64,000 nucleotides of DNA from Pseudomonadota bacterium (lineage in GTDB: Bacteria; Pseudomonadota; Alphaproteobacteria; Caulobacterales; Hyphomonadaceae). Positions 60,874 to 64,000 of the stretch are shown here, in pieces; positions within the stretch are counted from its first letter, which is position 1; each line of letters begins with the position of its first letter. The stretch is from contig JBCBWQ010000001.1 of NCBI GenBank assembly GCA_039817025.1, positions 25,422 to 89,421 of the forward strand, in the 5' to 3' direction. Below the pieces are notes generated by a model. The model had not been told where the DNA came from. It saw only the letters and a program-made list of their open reading frames with translations, and did no database searches. A program made the position numbers and the translations under genes.

Positions 60874-62766
60874 ATGGAACAATCACTAGCATTGACCGCA
60901 TCGGCATTGTGGATCTCTTTTGCGTTCTTCGCACAAGGACTGTCGCAAGGCGCGTCGCGGCTTCTAATCTGGTCAACGTTTGCGGTACTGATGTGCTATT
61001 TTGGATGGCGCGTCGCCTTCACTATTCTTCCCTTCTGGCACGACGCGGACATCTTCGTGGTTTGGGTCCTGATCTTCCTGGCCGCTGAGATTCTCAGTGT
61101 CGCGGATTTCCTTCAATGCTGTGCATTCAAAAGCTTGTCCTCCGCGCACCAAAAAACGACTCGTCACCGCGTGCTACCCAGGTTTTCGGCTAAGCGGCAT
61201 CGGTCGACGGTTGATCTGCTTATTCCGACTTATAGCGAACCGGTTGAACTGCTGCGCAAGACTCTGATCCGAGCGAAAGAGATCGATTATGATCACCTGA
61301 CCATCAATTTGCTGGACGATGCGCGAAGAAATGAAGTCAAAGAGCTGTGTCGTGAGCTTGGCGTCACCTACTTCTCGCGCGCCGATAACGTCGGCGCTAA
61401 AGCCGGCAATATGAACAATGCCTTGCCGCAACTAAAGGGTGAGTTTCTGGCAATTCTCGACGCCGACTTCTTGGCATTTGAGAACTTTGCCAAAGCAGCA
61501 CTTCCCTATTTCGATGATTCAGCTGTGGGATGCGTGCAATTCCCGCAGACGTTCTACAATCCTGATCCGTCTCAGATTAACTCAGGGCTTTTTGCGACGT
61601 TCAAAGACGAGCAATGGCACTGGTTTCGGCGGGTCCTTCCAGAGCGCGACCTCTTGGACCTCGCCACGTCTTGCGGAAGTTGTTCGTTTGTCCGTCGGTC
61701 TGCTCTTGAGGCGATCGGGGGGCGGTTTCCTGAAGAGACGATTACCGAGGATTTTGACCTGTCACTTCGGTTCTTGGAACGAGGTTTCGTAACGCGGTAC
61801 GTAAACGAGACTGTCGCGATCGGGCTGTCCCCGTTCACAACGCAAGACTTCTTCAAGCAACGTCAAAGGTGGGCGCTTGGCAATCTTTCTGCGTGGCGTC
61901 GCGCGTTTTTGTCCAGAAAGAAGATCAGGCTTTATGAACTGCTGCTGATTTTTGAATGGAGGATTGTGAGTCTACCTGCCCGTGTTGTCACCTTCCTGGG
62001 TCCGGTCGTCGTCCTGCTGTTTGACCTGTGGCCGCTCAAAGTCACATCCTTTTCTGAGTATGCGCTGTTCACGGTTCCGTTTATCTTCCTGCTCTGCTCG
62101 TTTGAGGCCAGCAGCGGCCCGCGATCTGCTTTCGGGTTTATTGCATCCCAAGCTCGGACGATTGGAGTTGCTTTGGTTTTAGGCGTGCAATTCCTTCTTA
62201 CACCATTGGTGAGCAACAAGCTCGGGTTCAGCGTAACACCCAAGACCGCCGGAAAGCAGGGTGCAGATCGCTTCTTCATGATCATTTTCTTGAGCGCTCT
62301 CCTTTCCGCAGGTGCGCTTGCGGTCGGACTGTACCGCTACGCAGAGGCGGACGCGGTCTCACACACACTGGAAGTCGTATTGGCATGGCAAGCATACAAC
62401 TTGTTGCTTGTTTCAGTCGCGACTTGGATGTTCAGACCAACCGTAGCCAAACGTATGAGCGAACGGTTTTTGCCGATTGATTGTCTGGAAGTGGACGTCG
62501 CAGATACGAAAGGTGCCTTCGTAGCGACGGCAGACACTATTGACGTGTCAGAAGGAGGAATGAGACTTCGCTCACAGCAGGCTCTGAATAGCGAACGATA
62601 CAAAGTGCTATTTGACAACGAATGGGCCGATGTTGAAGTCCTTCGATGTGTTAGAATAAGCGCGAGTGAATGGCACATCTCCTTGGTGTTTTCGGACCCC
62701 AACGCTGTATCTGACCATATTGTAAGGCTGATCTACTCGCAGAGCTTTAAAGCAGAGATCCTTTGA
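60874..62766 (+). CDS. BcsA-like family-2 glycosyltransferase with C-terminal PilZ domain (c-di-GMP-gated polysaccharide synthase)
   Basis: N-terminal TM helices; LIPTYSEP...LDDARR...ILDADF...TEDFDLSLR...QRQRWALGN (D, DxD, TED, QxxRW); further TM helices; PilZ motifs RMSER (RxxxR) and DVSEGG (DxSxxG). Confidence 0.85.
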   Translation: MEQSLALTASALWISFAFFAQGLSQGASRLLIWSTFAVLMCYFGWRVAFTILPFWHDADIFVVWVLIFLAAEILSVADFLQCCAFKSLSSAHQKTTRHRVLPRFSAKRHRSTVDLLIPTYSEPVELLRKTLIRAKEIDYDHLTINLLDDARRNEVKELCRELGVTYFSRADNVGAKAGNMNNALPQLKGEFLAILDADFLAFENFAKAALPYFDDSAVGCVQFPQTFYNPDPSQINSGLFATFKDEQWHWFRRVLPERDLLDLATSCGSCSFVRRSALEAIGGRFPEETITEDFDLSLRFLERGFVTRYVNETVAIGLSPFTTQDFFKQRQRWALGNLSAWRRAFLSRKKIRLYELLLIFEWRIVSLPARVVTFLGPVVVLLFDLWPLKVTSFSEYALFTVPFIFLLCSFEASSGPRSAFGFIASQARTIGVALVLGVQFLLTPLVSNKLGFSVTPKTAGKQGADRFFMIIFLSALLSAGALAVGLYRYAEADAVSHTLEVVLAWQAYNLLLVSVATWMFRPTVAKRMSERFLPIDCLEVDVADTKGAFVATADTIDVSEGGMRLRSQQALNSERYKVLFDNEWADVEVLRCVRISASEWHISLVFSDPNAVSDHIVRLIYSQSFKAEIL

Positions 62767-63025
62767 AGTGCGTGCTGTGTAGCCGAAGCGCGCACAGGTC
62801 TGACAAGTCTCTCTGGACGTGTCGCGGTTTGATGCCGCTCCTTTGATAGAATGTATTGCGGCTTTGCTTGGTTCCGGATTTCTGTCTCATCTCCACTCCC
62901 GGGTGGTTACGATGTGCCAGAAACCCTCCCTTATCAAATCGACCTAAACTGTCCCAATGGTGCTGACGTCGGACAATGGGCGCTGCGAGTAGAACGATGG
63001 ATAGGAACGCGAAAATTCAAGTCGC

Positions 63026-64000
63026 TCAGTCCGGTACACCAACTTCTGCTAAAGCGGCCAGCCATCGGTCACGCGGCGCGGCAACCGTCCAATTCCGAGC
63101 ATTGGTTTCAACTTCTCGCGCAAGCGTCCAATCCGGGTATCGCTCGAGAAACGACCGGGCCGCCATCTGAGCCGCCACGCGGTCCTGAAGACACAAATGA
63201 ACGACCGAAAGCAGCTTCAGCGCCTCAGGTGGGATCACAGGGATCGCCTGCAGGACGTCCAATGCGCCCTCGCAATCGTTGCCCTGCCATGCGGACCAGG
63301 CGCGCATCCAAAGCGTCACGGTATCCTGGATCGGGTCGATGCGTGCGACGCGTTCCAGCACCCTATGCACATCGTCGAGACGGTCGGAATAGATATAGGC
63401 CTGCGCCAGCGCGTTCAAAACGGTGATCGACGATGGGTTCAACGCAGCCGAGACTTCTAAAGCCGCGACTGATCGCTCGATCTCACCCTGCTGCATCAGC
63501 ACCCGGCCCAAAGCGAAATGTGTGATGTAGTTCTGCGGAGCCAGTTCCACGGCGCGCCGCGCGAGCGTCTCTGCCTCGGTGAGCAGGTCTTCGGTGCTTT
63601 CGCCCGACCAGCCGAAGCGCACACCGATCCTCAGCATCAATGCGCGGCCGACATATCCCCATTCCGACTCCGGGAACCTTTCAATCGACTCCTGCGTCAG
63701 GGCGAGCGCATCGATCCAGCGGTCCGGGCCCGGCGCGGATTGAAACAGCACCCGAACGCGCTTGTCGAGGATCAGCGCATCGACCTGGCCTTCGGGCCGC
63801 GCCGCCGCCGCGTTGATTGCGACGACCGAACTGCTGATGGCGTGCGCGACGCGGTAGGCAATCGTGTCGTTGACGTCGAACATGTCCTCGAGCGGCACCT
63901 CGAAACGATCGACCCACACATTGGTGAGATCGCTGGCATCGATCATCTGAACCGAGATGCGCAGAGTGCCATTTTGGACAACATGGCTGCCTTGCACGAG
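63026..64000 (-). CDS. TPR-repeat protein, C-terminal part (5' end beyond the right window edge)
   Basis: ...LRISVQMIDASDLTNVWVDRFEVPLEDMFDVNDTIAYRV... (a TolB-N-like segment common in cyclase/CadC-type proteins), followed by TPR-like repeats. The reading frame is open to the window end. Confidence 0.7.
   Translation of the reverse strand, partial: LVQGSHVVQNGTLRISVQMIDASDLTNVWVDRFEVPLEDMFDVNDTIAYRVAHAISSSVVAINAAAARPEGQVDALILDKRVRVLFQSAPGPDRWIDALALTQESIERFPESEWGYVGRALMLRIGVRFGWSGESTEDLLTEAETLARRAVELAPQNYITHFALGRVLMQQGEIERSVAALEVSAALNPSSITVLNALAQAYIYSDRLDDVHRVLERVARIDPIQDTVTLWMRAWSAWQGNDCEGALDVLQAIPVIPPEALKLLSVVHLCLQDRVAAQMAARSFLERYPDWTLAREVETNARNWTVAAPRDRWLAALAEVGVPD

Noticed and set aside
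62851-63460. Plus-strand ORFs of 191 aa and 87 aa after the GT2-PilZ gene.
   Set aside because: They are antisense to the TPR protein gene and Arg/Pro-rich. I had hoped for a BcsB-like partner here, but nothing supports one.
1-64000. CRISPR arrays, tRNA, rRNA or tmRNA genes, and integrase/att sites.
   Set aside because: I saw no regularly spaced direct repeats, no cloverleaf-like conserved tRNA segments and no tyrosine or serine recombinase ORF. Mobility signatures are limited to IS elements.

Overview
This is a high-GC alphaproteobacterial window; a Rhodobacterales or Rhizobiales origin is only my impression from the proteins, with no database search possible. From about 14.3 to 54.3 kb it holds an essentially complete alpha-type flagellar gene cluster. 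The order is: fliI; flgBC-fliE-fliQ-slt-flhA-fliR-flhB; motE-orf-fliM-fliL; fliF-fliH-fliN-fliP-fliG; motA; mucR; motB; a sigma factor; fliK-flgD; flgH-flgA-flgG-flgF; flgE-flgK-flgL; an FtcR-like regulator; flgI-flgJ; flagellin; flaF-flbT-DUF1217. Several genes with no recognisable function are embedded in it. Both flanks are visibly more AT-rich accessory DNA with the same three themes. (i) c-di-GMP genes: two PAS-GGDEF-EAL proteins, a receiver plus degenerate GGDEF protein, a degenerate stand-alone PilZ, and a BcsA-like GT2-PilZ synthase. (ii) Decayed and nested insertion sequences: IS3-family remnants, an intact-looking IS110-family element inserted into an IS3 OrfB, an IS5-family pseudogene and an IS5/IS1182 pseudogene. 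(iii) A paralogous set of PraR/PhrR-like XRE regulators plus two small proteins that look like their C-terminal domain without the HTH. The strongest sequence-level signal I found is a 9-mer family (AAGAATAAA / CAAGATTAA) that recurs only in the AT-rich spacers between flagellar operons. Four perfect CtrA-type boxes (TTAA-N7-TTAAC) accompany it, one of them upstream of the right-hand PAS-GGDEF-EAL / GT2-PilZ pair. I saw no rRNA, tRNA or CRISPR array. Start codons are best guesses, all family calls rest on motifs read by eye, and many long ORFs in the track are GC-driven antisense artefacts.
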